Of a stretch of DNA of 57,881 bases, positions 1 through 9,661 are shown piece by piece; position 1 is the stretch's first letter; the number at the start of each line of letters is the position of its first letter. The stretch is taken from positions 1 through 57,881 of the IMG/VR virus record IMGVR_UViG_3300012002_000216. One strand, 5' to 3'. The notes beneath the pieces were generated by a model that saw only the letters and a list, made by a program, of their open reading frames with translations, was not told the DNA's origin and did no database searches. The stretch comes from a virus (lineage: Duplodnaviria > Caudoviricetes). Position numbers and translations under genes: made by a program.

Positions 1-1926
1 GGCTTCGATGATATAGGTGATAACGGAGGCGGCGGAGGTCGCGTGAAGCTTCGACGCTCTGTTGCAGAGTCAAAGCGACGACGAGGAAGGCGTCGAGTAC
101 GAGAAGCTGATGATGAACAGGATCCTCAGCAAGATAACGCTAATTCAAGCGATCCTGCTGCTTTACGCTACCCAAGCGTTTCACCTGATCAGCAAAACGA
201 CGAAGAAGAGTCCTCTCGTGAAGCTGTTGATACAGAGGGACAATCATCTCTTCCGGTTTATCTAGATTACGATTCCTCAGAAGATACTGAATTCTCATCT
301 GGTCTTGACTCCTTTCAGCATACCAAAGGCGCTCCTGCACCCGAGATGACTACCGAAGCTGTTGGAAAGCGCGGTCACTCAAAACAAGACAAGCTTCTTC
401 GTGAGCGATTTGCGAAAGAACAAACACGGCTTAGAGAAGCGCGTGGGCAAAAGGCAGAGGTTGTAAATCAATATCTATCTCAAGCGTCTAATCCTGATTA
501 CGATGAATTTATTGAATGGGCACAGAATCAAGGTATTCAGGAAGTTCCTAACAAGTACTACTTCAATAATTTGCTTAAGAAGCGCGGTGGTACAGGATCT
601 GGTGGAGCAATAGAGGTAGAAGAACGAGAGCCATTTAACCCAGAAGACGCTCCAGAAGAATTGCAGCAACTAATGAATCTATACTCCCAGGCTTCAGACG
701 AGGATGCAAGCCTTGAGCCGTCTGTTGAAGATAAGTTCAAGGGTATTTACGCTATTGGATATAGAACAGCAAAGGGTCGCGCACTTAAACGACACGCATT
801 TATCTGTGGGTCACCTGGAATAGGAAAAACCTTTACTGTTGCTAAGGCCGTTGAAAAGGGTGCTACAGAAGGCAAGCAGATGTTTGCTAAGTTTCGTGGA
901 TCAATTGGAAAGTCACTTTCTGCTATTCTTGCTTTTCTCTGGATGCATAGAGAAAATTACGTTATCCTACTTGATGATGCTGACGGCTTTCTTACCGGCT
1001 CATCAGACGAAGTTATGAACACGCTAAAAGCAGCGATGGATACTGATGAACCAATGGTATCAACCTCATCTCCTCACATTCGTAAGAATGTTGCCAAGAT
1101 GGTTGGGTTGAATGAGAGCGAGCGATGGTCAGGAGCACTTAACTTTGATACATCGCGACTACATGAAGGTATCATTACAGCAGTTGATCGTGATGGTAAC
1201 GTTCTAGCAGAAGAAGTACTTGACGATAGTGAACAACGGTTTTGGGAGGAATTTACTAATGCTAATCAGCCCAAATCCGACACACAGTCCTTTTTAGAGA
1301 GCAGCCTATACAATGGTGATGTTCGCCCTCGTATACAAGAAGGCTTCTTTGATGATGACGAGGAAGAAGAGGGCAACGATCTAGGTCTTGAAGATGAAAT
1401 CGAAGAGGATGAAGAAGAGGGTGAAAAGATGCTTCCGGCACAGTTCGAATTCGGTTCACGCATTATCTTCATCTCAAACATGATGCAAGCAGATATTCCA
1501 GACGCCATTGCTGGTCGCTGTAACGTAAAGGAACTATATCTTACACGTCCAGAGATTATGCTACGCTTAGAGCAGATTCTGCCAGAGCTGCTGAAGAATG
1601 AGAGTGCATATGGCCCAGAAGAACTTACGTGGGCCAAAGCTAATGTATTTCGTTGGATGAAAGCAGTAGTATTAGCTGACGATATGGGAGCACCTCTCAC
1701 ACTGGCATCAGGCAAGACGGTAAACGTAAACATCAACGTACCGATTACCTTTAGGATGTTTAATGATTTTGTTGATGCTTGGATGCAGCTTGCTGATGAA
1801 CATGCAATGGAAGCTGACGAGAGCAATTTTGACGAGATAGAAGAAGAAATTGCTCTGAAGTTTGTGTCACAGATGATTCTTCCTACATTCCGCGGTGATC
1901 TTCGGAAGAAGAAGAAAAAGAGATAA
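1..1926 (+). CDS. AAA+ P-loop ATPase with long acidic low-complexity regions; 5'-partial; probable virion-packaged protein
   Basis: Frame is open from base 1, so the GTG at 43 is probably internal. Walker A GSPGIGKT, Walker B ILLDDAD, sensor-1-like IIFISN. Many [LIV]-x-E-[SAG] motifs. Confidence 0.75.
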   Translation, partial: GFDDIGDNGGGGGRVKLRRSVAESKRRRGRRRVREADDEQDPQQDNANSSDPAALRYPSVSPDQQNDEEESSREAVDTEGQSSLPVYLDYDSSEDTEFSSGLDSFQHTKGAPAPEMTTEAVGKRGHSKQDKLLRERFAKEQTRLREARGQKAEVVNQYLSQASNPDYDEFIEWAQNQGIQEVPNKYYFNNLLKKRGGTGSGGAIEVEEREPFNPEDAPEELQQLMNLYSQASDEDASLEPSVEDKFKGIYAIGYRTAKGRALKRHAFICGSPGIGKTFTVAKAVEKGATEGKQMFAKFRGSIGKSLSAILAFLWMHRENYVILLDDADGFLTGSSDEVMNTLKAAMDTDEPMVSTSSPHIRKNVAKMVGLNESERWSGALNFDTSRLHEGIITAVDRDGNVLAEEVLDDSEQRFWEEFTNANQPKSDTQSFLESSLYNGDVRPRIQEGFFDDDEEEEGNDLGLEDEIEEDEEEGEKMLPAQFEFGSRIIFISNMMQADIPDAIAGRCNVKELYLTRPEIMLRLEQILPELLKNESAYGPEELTWAKANVFRWMKAVVLADDMGAPLTLASGKTVNVNINVPITFRMFNDFVDAWMQLADEHAMEADESNFDEIEEEIALKFVSQMILPTFRGDLRKKKKKR

Positions 1927-1944
1927 TACATGCTATCATAATAA

Positions 1945-1968
1945 AAGAGGGGCCACAGTGCCCCTCTT
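1945..1968 (+). terminator. intergenic hairpin, probable terminator
   Basis: AAGAGGGGC-CACAGT-GCCCCTCTT, 9-bp stem just after the 1926 stop; weak U tract. Confidence 0.5.
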
Positions 1969-1983
1969 CCTATGTTCGAGTAT

Positions 1984-1990
1984 ACTAATT
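1984..1990 (+). promoter_or_regulatory. ACTAATT putative late promoter
   Basis: Recurrent motif, upstream of the 2017 start. Confidence 0.65.
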
Positions 1991-2016
1991 GATTAGTACA
2001 GTCAAAGAGGACACAT

Positions 2017-4530
2017 ATGAAGTATAGAGAACAAATTGAAGCGCACCTATTACAGTTAGCCGAGTCAAACTTGACGAAGAAGGCCAATACGCATATGACT
2101 CACATAGAAGATCTTGTGATTCTGTCTGGTGCTGAGGGTATTGAACATGCGCTTGATACATTCAAGTCTCTATATGATGAGCTAAAGGGTGAAACTCCTA
2201 AATCACAGCGACGCGTATCCGTAAAGATTGATGGAGCGCCCGCTGTATTTGTTTGGAGCTCATTTCCAGGTATAGAAAGTCCTGGATTGGCTACAAAGGG
2301 TCTTTTTGCTAAAACACCAAAAATAGCATACAATCATGAACTAATCGATCAGTACTTTGGTCATGCCCCAGATCTTGCTAAAAAGATGCATGCAATGTTC
2401 GATCACATTCCTGCACTTGGTATTCCTGATGGGGAGATCTGGCAGGGAGACTTCTTATATGATAGAGATTCCGTTAAGCTAAAAACGATTGATGATGAAG
2501 CATATTATGTTTTTCATCCTAACACAATCGTGTACGCTGTTCCAGTGCATTCAGAGCTTGGGGCTCGGATGGAAGAGTCAGAGATTGGTGTTGTTTGGCA
2601 TACAGTTTACACAGGCGACTCTTTAGAGAATGTAACTCCTTCATTCTCGGCAAAAGCCGAAAATCTCAATCATGTACCTAGTGTTTTGTCTACTGACCCA
2701 TATGTGAAATCGATAGCTGGTGAAGTTACGTTAACCGCAGAAGAGTCTGATACAATTGCACAAAAGTTGACTGAAGCTGAGGCTCTTGCACAACAGCTTA
2801 CCTCACATCCTCAATATGAAGATGTGATTAACGATAAGGCCTTTATCTCATCCTTTTTTACTGTTTATCAAAATGCCACTATCAAAAGCGGTAAAAAGGT
2901 TCCAGACGCTGAGACGTTTATTTCTAATTTTACTCAATGGGCAACTGATAAGATACGTACAGCTGCTGAAAAGAAGATTGCAGGGCTAAAGACTGAACGA
3001 GGTAAGAATGCCGCACAGCAAAAAATGGAACAAGATCTACAAACCGTACAAGAGATGATTGAAGAGAATGAGGATGTTCTAATCCTTATTATTGAACTCA
3101 TCGGAGTGCTCACTGATATCAAAGAGATATTTACACGTAAAATGGATGCACTTGGTGATTTCCAGGCGTATCTACAGAAGAAGAGTGGAGAGTTCCAGCG
3201 CACAGGTCAAGAGGGGTTCGCTGTTTCTGACATAGCAGGCAACGTGGTTAAGTTTGTCGATCGTACAGAATTCAGCTACGCTAATTTTTCTCCAGATGTG
3301 AAGAAGGGGTGGGAGAGCGATAGGAGAGTACAAGAGTCTATAGACAAAGACATCAATCTCTCCCTTCTTGACGAAAAAGTACAAATAGAGTTGGATGGGA
3401 TTTTACAACAACTAGAAGAGAAAACAGCTGCGCCTGCTACTACTGCGTCAGATGTTGATACGCTTTTACAAGATATATTTTCAAGGCTTCAACAAGCGTC
3501 ACAAAAGCTAACACGACAGCAAATAACGACACTCAAGCACGAAGTGCTCACTCTCATAGGTGATGAAGTAAAGATCATGGAGCTCCTTGACCCAGTGCTT
3601 AACCTTTTCTCTACATTCAAAAAAGAACTCACTAACCAGCTATATTTAGCTTTCCGTGGTGTAGATGATGAAGTTCTTAAAATATTTTTAGAGTCACTAC
3701 ATACGCAAGGCCCGATTATCACTCCTGAAATCCTCAATGAAGGAAAGACCTCTAAAGTGATATGGAAGGATCACCTTCGAGAACGAATGAAAGGGATTGT
3801 TGACCAAGAAGACCTCGAAGCATTGCTCGATGCAATGGAAAAAACCTTTATGGTATACAAAGGTGGCAATGCTGGTATGGGTAAGGGTGAGCTGCAATAC
3901 GCTATTCTTTGTGGGGGAGCTAAGCCGGAGAAAGGTGATCTAGCTATTCCAGGCTTTGGTGAATTAGAATTGAAGGGTGCAACAGGACGATTAAAAGGAT
4001 TACGAGCTGCTATAGGTAGTCCAGCGTCCGCGTATCAGAAAATAGTTCAACGCTATACGCAAGAACCTGAGTTGGAAGCACTAGCGGATCAGATCAAAGA
4101 TCCTAACAACTTAACACTCAAGAAGCGAGCAAATCCGCTATATGAAGCGATAAATGCTGCGCTACCGCAGGATAGATTATTAACGCTATATGAGGATGTG
4201 TCTCGTATCTACATGGAGACGCTTTATCGTACGGCTGTAAGCAAGGGCTATCAGCTCGACCAATCCTTAATTACAAAAACGGCTGAGGCAATGGCTTCGG
4301 GTAATTTTGATCGAGCGATAGCCTATCAAGCTGCTACACAATATGCTATTTATAAACAAGCTGATGAATTCAGGGGAATTCTTGCAATTGATACTATTGG
4401 ATTCGTATTTATCGAAGAGCCAGAAGATTTGGTAGCAGCCGCAGAAACTGGAGCAATTATCATTACCCCAGCATCAATGAAGGATACGATAGGCTCTGCA
4501 GCTGGAATAACAGTTAGAAAGGGTCGGTAG
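2017..4530 (+). CDS. DUF6267-like (ligase-type nucleotidyltransferase motifs) protein fused to a C-terminal PD-(D/E)xK-like domain
   Basis: NTHMTHIED, VKIDGAPA (KxDG), WQGDFLY, PNTIVYAVP, EGFAV, VKFVDR.EFS.ANF as in T4-like phage DUF6267; C-terminal GKGE...GDL...ELELKG; SD GAGG. Confidence 0.65.
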   Translation: MKYREQIEAHLLQLAESNLTKKANTHMTHIEDLVILSGAEGIEHALDTFKSLYDELKGETPKSQRRVSVKIDGAPAVFVWSSFPGIESPGLATKGLFAKTPKIAYNHELIDQYFGHAPDLAKKMHAMFDHIPALGIPDGEIWQGDFLYDRDSVKLKTIDDEAYYVFHPNTIVYAVPVHSELGARMEESEIGVVWHTVYTGDSLENVTPSFSAKAENLNHVPSVLSTDPYVKSIAGEVTLTAEESDTIAQKLTEAEALAQQLTSHPQYEDVINDKAFISSFFTVYQNATIKSGKKVPDAETFISNFTQWATDKIRTAAEKKIAGLKTERGKNAAQQKMEQDLQTVQEMIEENEDVLILIIELIGVLTDIKEIFTRKMDALGDFQAYLQKKSGEFQRTGQEGFAVSDIAGNVVKFVDRTEFSYANFSPDVKKGWESDRRVQESIDKDINLSLLDEKVQIELDGILQQLEEKTAAPATTASDVDTLLQDIFSRLQQASQKLTRQQITTLKHEVLTLIGDEVKIMELLDPVLNLFSTFKKELTNQLYLAFRGVDDEVLKIFLESLHTQGPIITPEILNEGKTSKVIWKDHLRERMKGIVDQEDLEALLDAMEKTFMVYKGGNAGMGKGELQYAILCGGAKPEKGDLAIPGFGELELKGATGRLKGLRAAIGSPASAYQKIVQRYTQEPELEALADQIKDPNNLTLKKRANPLYEAINAALPQDRLLTLYEDVSRIYMETLYRTAVSKGYQLDQSLITKTAEAMASGNFDRAIAYQAATQYAIYKQADEFRGILAIDTIGFVFIEEPEDLVAAAETGAIIITPASMKDTIGSAAGITVRKGR

Positions 4531-4531
4531 G

Positions 4532-4538
4532 ACTAATT
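4532..4538 (+). promoter_or_regulatory. ACTAATT putative late promoter
   Basis: Intergenic, before the SD GGAGG and ATG at 4553. Confidence 0.65.
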
Positions 4539-4552
4539 AAGTGGAGGCAGCA

Positions 4553-5986
4553 ATGCATACCGAATCTTGGCTATATAGAAATTATCAGAAGCCGCTCGAT
4601 GAGAGCGACACAAATGGTCTCATTGTGGCTTTTGACCCATCACGTAAAAACGCGCTACTTCATCAGCAAGTTACCGCTCTTCAAGAAGACACGCAATTCG
4701 ACCGCCGCGTTATGGCTAAAGCGGATACGCGCACGGCTTTACAAAGGGTAGCAGAACAAGCCTGGGCTGATGGATATGAGCATCTAACGGTGCTAACAGC
4801 TCCAGAACGTATCTCTGAAGTAGACGGCTTCTTACAGCGATATTGTAGCCAGTCATTTGAAAGCGTACAGGTAGTACCAGAAAATAGCCCTCGTCTGCAT
4901 GAAGCTGAGCTTGATGATATGTTAGGACCAGCGACACAGCAAGCTCCTCAACAACAGAATCAACAAGCTGCTTTCCAGCAGAATCAGCAACAAAATCAGC
5001 AGGGGCAGGCACAACCTCAACAGCAACAAGACCCTCAACAACAAGAGGAACCCCAAGAAGAAGAGCAGGCCGGTAAACCCATATCCCTTTTTCTGGTTTC
5101 AGCAAATCCACCAGTGACAGGTACCGATAAGATCTTAGAGCAGGGACAAAAGCTATTAGCACAACAGAAAGCTACCAACGCTCATTATGCCTTTCATAAT
5201 ACCGGGATCGATCCTAAATATCGATTCTCTGTTGGTCTACGGTCAAGCTTAGTAAAGGGTGATGATAGAGAAAGTATGCCATCTCTATATGGAAAGAATG
5301 GTATTAAAGCTATTAACGATTTGATGAAAATGAACGGTCGATCTGCTATTCATTTAGAGGGCGGTGATATAGCGACAGTCCTTCAGCAGCATCCAGATCT
5401 ACAAAAAATGCAGATACAGTATATAGCAGTACCAGAAGACGTGTTACCTAATATCAATCTTGGTGACTTTGACCAAAACCGAGTCATTACGGTTCCTGGT
5501 AAGGGAGACATGTTCACACCTCAGCATAAGGCGCTCATCGACCTAGGGCGTCAAATAGCGAAGGAAAGTGAGAAGCCTAAGAAAGAGAATAAAGACGATG
5601 ATAAAGAAGAAGCACCTACTTTCGCGAAGGAAGAAATAACACAAGAAGATAAAATTGCTCTTCACATTATCAATGCCTGCGTTTTAGCAGAGAGTATGTC
5701 GGGAGAGCAAATGACTAAACAACTTCGTCTCTCTTGGGGTGAATTAGATGCAGGTACAAAAGAATTTGCACAAGAGTTTGGAAAGTCAACTGGTATCGGC
5801 GATATGGTTAGCGGTGCTAAGGGAATGGCTGATCTCGTTACCAAGTCAGTAAAATCTGAAGAGGTCAATAAGGGCGCTGCAATGCAGGCGCAATTGAATA
5901 GCCTCCAAGCTCTATCTTTTGACGGTATGAAAGCAGTGAACCACCCACAATACAAGAAGTTTTTTGATGGGTTGGATCTAGCCTAA
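4553..5986 (+). CDS. degenerate cytidylyltransferase-like (HIGH superfamily) protein with Gln-rich linker
   Basis: GYEHLTVLTAPERISEVDGFLQRY resembles the T4-like phage CTase segment Gy..v.mVvGsDRv.eF..ll.kY; NPPVTGTDK resembles NPPTxGHxK; ATG 4553 follows GGAGG. Confidence 0.5.
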   Translation: MHTESWLYRNYQKPLDESDTNGLIVAFDPSRKNALLHQQVTALQEDTQFDRRVMAKADTRTALQRVAEQAWADGYEHLTVLTAPERISEVDGFLQRYCSQSFESVQVVPENSPRLHEAELDDMLGPATQQAPQQQNQQAAFQQNQQQNQQGQAQPQQQQDPQQQEEPQEEEQAGKPISLFLVSANPPVTGTDKILEQGQKLLAQQKATNAHYAFHNTGIDPKYRFSVGLRSSLVKGDDRESMPSLYGKNGIKAINDLMKMNGRSAIHLEGGDIATVLQQHPDLQKMQIQYIAVPEDVLPNINLGDFDQNRVITVPGKGDMFTPQHKALIDLGRQIAKESEKPKKENKDDDKEEAPTFAKEEITQEDKIALHIINACVLAESMSGEQMTKQLRLSWGELDAGTKEFAQEFGKSTGIGDMVSGAKGMADLVTKSVKSEEVNKGAAMQAQLNSLQALSFDGMKAVNHPQYKKFFDGLDLA

Positions 5987-6666
5987 CTCGCAGTAGTCAC
6001 TGTTAATCGATTTCGTATTTCAAGTAAGAGGAGGTCGAGGACCTCCTCTTCTTTTGTGCTTAGCTGAAGATGTCGTCGGAATATATTCAGCGAATGTCGT
6101 ATTTTAGACTTTCTCACGAAAAGCAAAATGTAGAGTCGTGCTAATAGTGAGAGTCTATAGCTGTCAACAGCTGTGTCAAACTCCGACAGTGTTGATTGCA
6201 CTATCGCATGCATCTCATCAGCAAGAATTTTATCTAAAATAGGTTCATCAGATGTAGCACCGGTTGTAGTATGGAATCCAATAGACGATTGTAGGTCACC
6301 CAGTTCTGTTACATGACCGCCCTCTTCTGAGACAATATGATTCAAAGAGAGATGGGTCTCTTCTTGACGATCGCCGTATAGTGATTCAACGACCTTCCAA
6401 CGAAGTAACCCACCAAACGAGCGGTCTATAATAAAATCTGGGTCTTCATACCGACGCATAATTTTGATCGCCGCATCAGTAGCTACTCCAATCACGTGAT
6501 CAGGGTCTAAAAACACCTTTCCCTTTGTAGCTTTAAGGACCAACGAACGAGCGTAGTTAATCATGATATCGAACATTTCTTGCCACACAGCGTCGTCGCG
6601 TGTAGCAAGATATTGTTCCTGGAGCTCTCCGAGCTTTATCTCTGTTGCTGGTTTCTTCTTTGCCAT
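5983..6666 (-). CDS. sigma-70 region-2-like phage transcription factor (possible gp55-type late sigma)
   Basis: Helical N-terminus LQEQY..RDDAVWQEMF..MINYARSLV...A.DAAIKIMRRYE...SFGGLLRWKV resembles sigma domain 2; no obvious region-4 HTH. Confidence 0.5.
   Translation of the reverse strand: MAKKKPATEIKLGELQEQYLATRDDAVWQEMFDIMINYARSLVLKATKGKVFLDPDHVIGVATDAAIKIMRRYEDPDFIIDRSFGGLLRWKVVESLYGDRQEETHLSLNHIVSEEGGHVTELGDLQSSIGFHTTTGATSDEPILDKILADEMHAIVQSTLSEFDTAVDSYRLSLLARLYILLFVRKSKIRHSLNIFRRHLQLSTKEEEVLDLLLLEIRNRLTVTTAS
6026..6055 (+). terminator. intrinsic terminator for the + strand genes, embedded in the opposite-strand CDS
   Basis: AAGAGGAGGTC-GAG-GACCTCCTCTT followed by CTTTT, 40 nt after the 5986 stop. 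Confidence 0.55.
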
Positions 6667-7892
6667 TAGTTATCCTGTAGTTTCGCTAGTACTGCTGAAT
6701 ATTTTTCGATACCAGCTTCATCGGTATATGTCACCAATACACCCGCCCCGTGAGCTTGATCTGATGGCTTTTCGTTGAAGTACAGACGCACAAGTCCATT
6801 AGGACCTAGTCGAGACAAAAGAGTACGAATCGAGTCGCTAATCAAGATAAAAGAGGCTGTCTCTGATACCTTTTCGAGCTCTCCCTGGAACTCTTCTACA
6901 ACCAAGTCCTTTTCGACCTCGGTAGATGGGTGCTGATAAGAAAGCTTGATCTTTTGACTACCACTATTGTAGTTCCAGAAAAAGGTAATAGGTTTCCAGA
7001 CCGACGCTTCAAAGAGGCCATTGAAGAAGTCAATAGCTTCAGTAAAGCGACTCGGTTTTATAAGAGCTACCTGCTGTGAGTCCTCTTCTGGTATAATTGC
7101 TTCGATATCAGATTGCTCTGGTATCGCAATATTACATGGATCAATAGAGATGATAGCCCAGAAGTTATCATCCTCCCCGGACTTCCAGAGTATTGATTGC
7201 CGAGCTTCATCAACGATGAAGCTAGGGGTATCACTTGCTACAAACTCTAGGAATCCTAGGACGAATTTATGAATGAGAATTGGCTCATCTGTTATTTGCG
7301 CCTCAAGCACCTCTGTATTGAGGGTTAGAACGATAGTTCTGTCAGCATATACAAGATGATCGTTATAAAGAGCGATGCTGTTGTTCTTGTTGATTGTTGA
7401 CATATATGTTGATGATATATGGACAAAATCTAGTAAGTCTTGAGTGATGGATACGGATGATCCTGACTCAAATTCTTGCTCGTGATCAGCATAAAACGTT
7501 GCTAATGATGTTACCTCTGAATTGTCCTCTTCATAATATGAGACCGATAGTGTGATCTTATCATTCGTTGAATTAGACGACAGCCTAAGTGTTGGAGGTG
7601 TTTGAACGAACGTAAGGATCAGATCATTATTGCCAGCCACCTTCTTAGCAGCACTGAGAAACTTCTGAACATCAACAGAAATCCACTGGGTTTCCGGGAT
7701 TGAAGCCGCGAGCGGGATACTAATTGAAAGTACAGATTTGTTTCCCTTGAAGTAGAAGATCGCAGAGTCTTCTTCAAACTTGATATACGTCTTTGTGAAT
7801 GATGACATCAAAAACGAATACATACGCGAATATCGCGTTAGCTTTTCTACACCTTCTTGCGCGATCGTAGTTTTGATCGTCTGGTTGGACAT
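6666..7892 (-). CDS. probable DNA polymerase sliding clamp (DnaN/beta-clamp-like, three-domain size)
   Basis: 408 aa, repeated beta-alpha-beta pattern (ISVDVQKFLSAAKKV; IKPSRFTEAIDFF), replication context; no catalytic motif. Confidence 0.45.
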   Translation of the reverse strand: MSNQTIKTTIAQEGVEKLTRYSRMYSFLMSSFTKTYIKFEEDSAIFYFKGNKSVLSISIPLAASIPETQWISVDVQKFLSAAKKVAGNNDLILTFVQTPPTLRLSSNSTNDKITLSVSYYEEDNSEVTSLATFYADHEQEFESGSSVSITQDLLDFVHISSTYMSTINKNNSIALYNDHLVYADRTIVLTLNTEVLEAQITDEPILIHKFVLGFLEFVASDTPSFIVDEARQSILWKSGEDDNFWAIISIDPCNIAIPEQSDIEAIIPEEDSQQVALIKPSRFTEAIDFFNGLFEASVWKPITFFWNYNSGSQKIKLSYQHPSTEVEKDLVVEEFQGELEKVSETASFILISDSIRTLLSRLGPNGLVRLYFNEKPSDQAHGAGVLVTYTDEAGIEKYSAVLAKLQDN

Positions 7893-8022
7893 TTTGCTTT
7901 ACCCTCCTGGTTAGGCGTTACTTATGGTAATATACAGCAGTACGAATGCGTAATAACTTTTTGTCTTGCATAGTGTCAATTTGATATATTATAATATACG
8001 AATCATATAGGAGGATTGCGCA

Positions 8023-8697
8023 TTGGCAGCAAAAGAAAAATCAGAACTCGAGCAAATGAGTGATAGGGCCCTTGTTACGCTTATTAAGACAAGCGAAAAC
8101 AAAGAAGAGGAACGAAATGCACGTCATGTCTTGTACCATCGCTATGAACGTTTTGTTCATAAGCACTGGCATTCACTTAACGGGAGACTTAATCGTTCTC
8201 CTATCGCACTAGAACTTAAAAACGATTTCTATGCTGAATCGTATATTGTTTTTGAGAAAGCTCTCAAAGCAACCAAGCTTAGCAAAATTCGAGATGACAA
8301 GTGGAAGTTTCTTGGCTATTATGGATTCTATCTTTCGACGTTGAAGAATAACTTCGTAAAGAGAGCGGTGCAAAAATATCATAACGAAACATCCATCGAA
8401 GCACCTGTAGAGTCGGCGTCACGACCTGTATTACTATCAGATATGGCAGAAGCTGGCGTCATTCCATCGGCTGAAGATCAGGTTATTCAAAAAGATCAAC
8501 AGCGTCGGTTTTGGAAGGCATTAACGCAATGTCAGTCTACTGTATGGGATGGTACGAGGCGTACTATATGGGAACGTCGAGCTGCAGGTGTATCTATCAA
8601 GGATACATGCGAGGAACTAGGAATATCTGCTTGGCGATTCAATAAGATCCTATCTGAGATGAAAGAGCAGCTTAACTCAGCTATCGCTAGGGCCTAG
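8023..8697 (+). CDS. phage RNA polymerase sigma-70 family factor
   Basis: SDRALVTLIK..ARHVLYHRYERFV (region 1.2/2), KFLGYYGFYL (region 2), C-terminal HTH GVSIKDTCEELGIS (region 4); SD GGAGG before TTG. Confidence 0.75.
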   Translation: MAAKEKSELEQMSDRALVTLIKTSENKEEERNARHVLYHRYERFVHKHWHSLNGRLNRSPIALELKNDFYAESYIVFEKALKATKLSKIRDDKWKFLGYYGFYLSTLKNNFVKRAVQKYHNETSIEAPVESASRPVLLSDMAEAGVIPSAEDQVIQKDQQRRFWKALTQCQSTVWDGTRRTIWERRAAGVSIKDTCEELGISAWRFNKILSEMKEQLNSAIARA

Positions 8698-9063
8698 AGT
8701 GTCTACATAGCCGGCAAGTGATTCCCATTGTTCTTGACCAGCTATTCTCTTCCACCACTCTTGGCGCTCCTCATATGATATAGCGTCTCCTGTAATAGGA
8801 TGACGTAAGTTATCTAATGCCTCATGACTGTACCGGTTGAGTATAACCATATTGGTGTCATTATACATTATATCAGGGTACAGAGATACGGGAAAAATGT
8901 GAGCTACATCTAGCTTTTTGAGAAGAACAGCTGGGGCTTTCTTTTGCAGTGACAGCGCTTCTTTCATAGTAAGAACGCGTAGTAAGCGGTCTCGATTTCC
9001 ATCGCGCTTGCGTACACGCTCTTTTACCTCTTGCCACTGCTTATCTGAAGAATCCCGACGCAT
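8677..9063 (-). CDS. HNH-family endonuclease-like protein
   Basis: W.EVKERVRKRDG...LDVAHIFP...NMVILNRYSH (H-N-H); the usual Zn cysteines are absent. Confidence 0.6.
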   Translation of the reverse strand: MRRDSSDKQWQEVKERVRKRDGNRDRLLRVLTMKEALSLQKKAPAVLLKKLDVAHIFPVSLYPDIMYNDTNMVILNRYSHEALDNLRHPITGDAISYEERQEWWKRIAGQEQWESLAGYVDTLGPSDS

Positions 9064-9064
9064 A

Positions 9065-9637
9065 TTAGTTTGCTTCTGCAGGGCTCTTTGGTTCCATTTT
9101 GTTGAGTAGCTCGCTATTGCGAAAGAAATAGTCGGCAGCTGACTCTAATGTATACTTACCACTACGATAGTTCTTGAGGAAGAATACACATGATTTGTGC
9201 ATCTTATAGCGATATTGTTCTTCAGTTTCCTCATCAATCAAAATAAATACATCACGCCACACAATAACGCGATCGATGCGCCACATCTTTTTATGTTGCT
9301 CGACCTTGGTAGTAGGTAGTTCATCTGCTGGGGTTCCTCGCTCAAGTAAAGCAGCTTGTTCTTCAGGTGTAAGTGGAACTTCTTCTTCAATCACTTGGAC
9401 AAGTCTCGGATAATGATTCTGTACAAGAACTTGCTTTATATTATGAATAAAGGACTTTACTGGTATAGTGAAGTCCCATGGGAAATCATATGATTGTCCA
9501 CTATTGGTATGAACTACTGTGACGCCATTGTCTGATGTCACAAAGGAAAGTAATACTGGTGCTTTCTCACAGAAATTAGAAAGCTTTTTGATTAGTTCTG
9601 CTTTATATCGTTCACTGTCAATTTTTTCATGTAGCAT
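9065..9637 (-). CDS. hypothetical protein
   Basis: 190-aa ORF, SD GGAG, tightly packed operon. Confidence 0.7.
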   Translation of the reverse strand: MLHEKIDSERYKAELIKKLSNFCEKAPVLLSFVTSDNGVTVVHTNSGQSYDFPWDFTIPVKSFIHNIKQVLVQNHYPRLVQVIEEEVPLTPEEQAALLERGTPADELPTTKVEQHKKMWRIDRVIVWRDVFILIDEETEEQYRYKMHKSCVFFLKNYRSGKYTLESAADYFFRNSELLNKMEPKSPAEAN

Positions 9638-9661
9638 TTTATGCTCCTTGATTGCTATAGC

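Noticed and set aside
1266-2087. 273-aa minus-strand ORF and the many other short antisense ORFs
   Set aside because: They are shadows of well-supported genes on the opposite strand, Ser-rich as expected from antisense to acidic codons, with no motifs.
4935-5065. CAR-rich repeat as a CRISPR array or DNA repeat element
   Set aside because: It is an imperfect poly-Gln coding tract; I saw no repeat-spacer array anywhere in the window.
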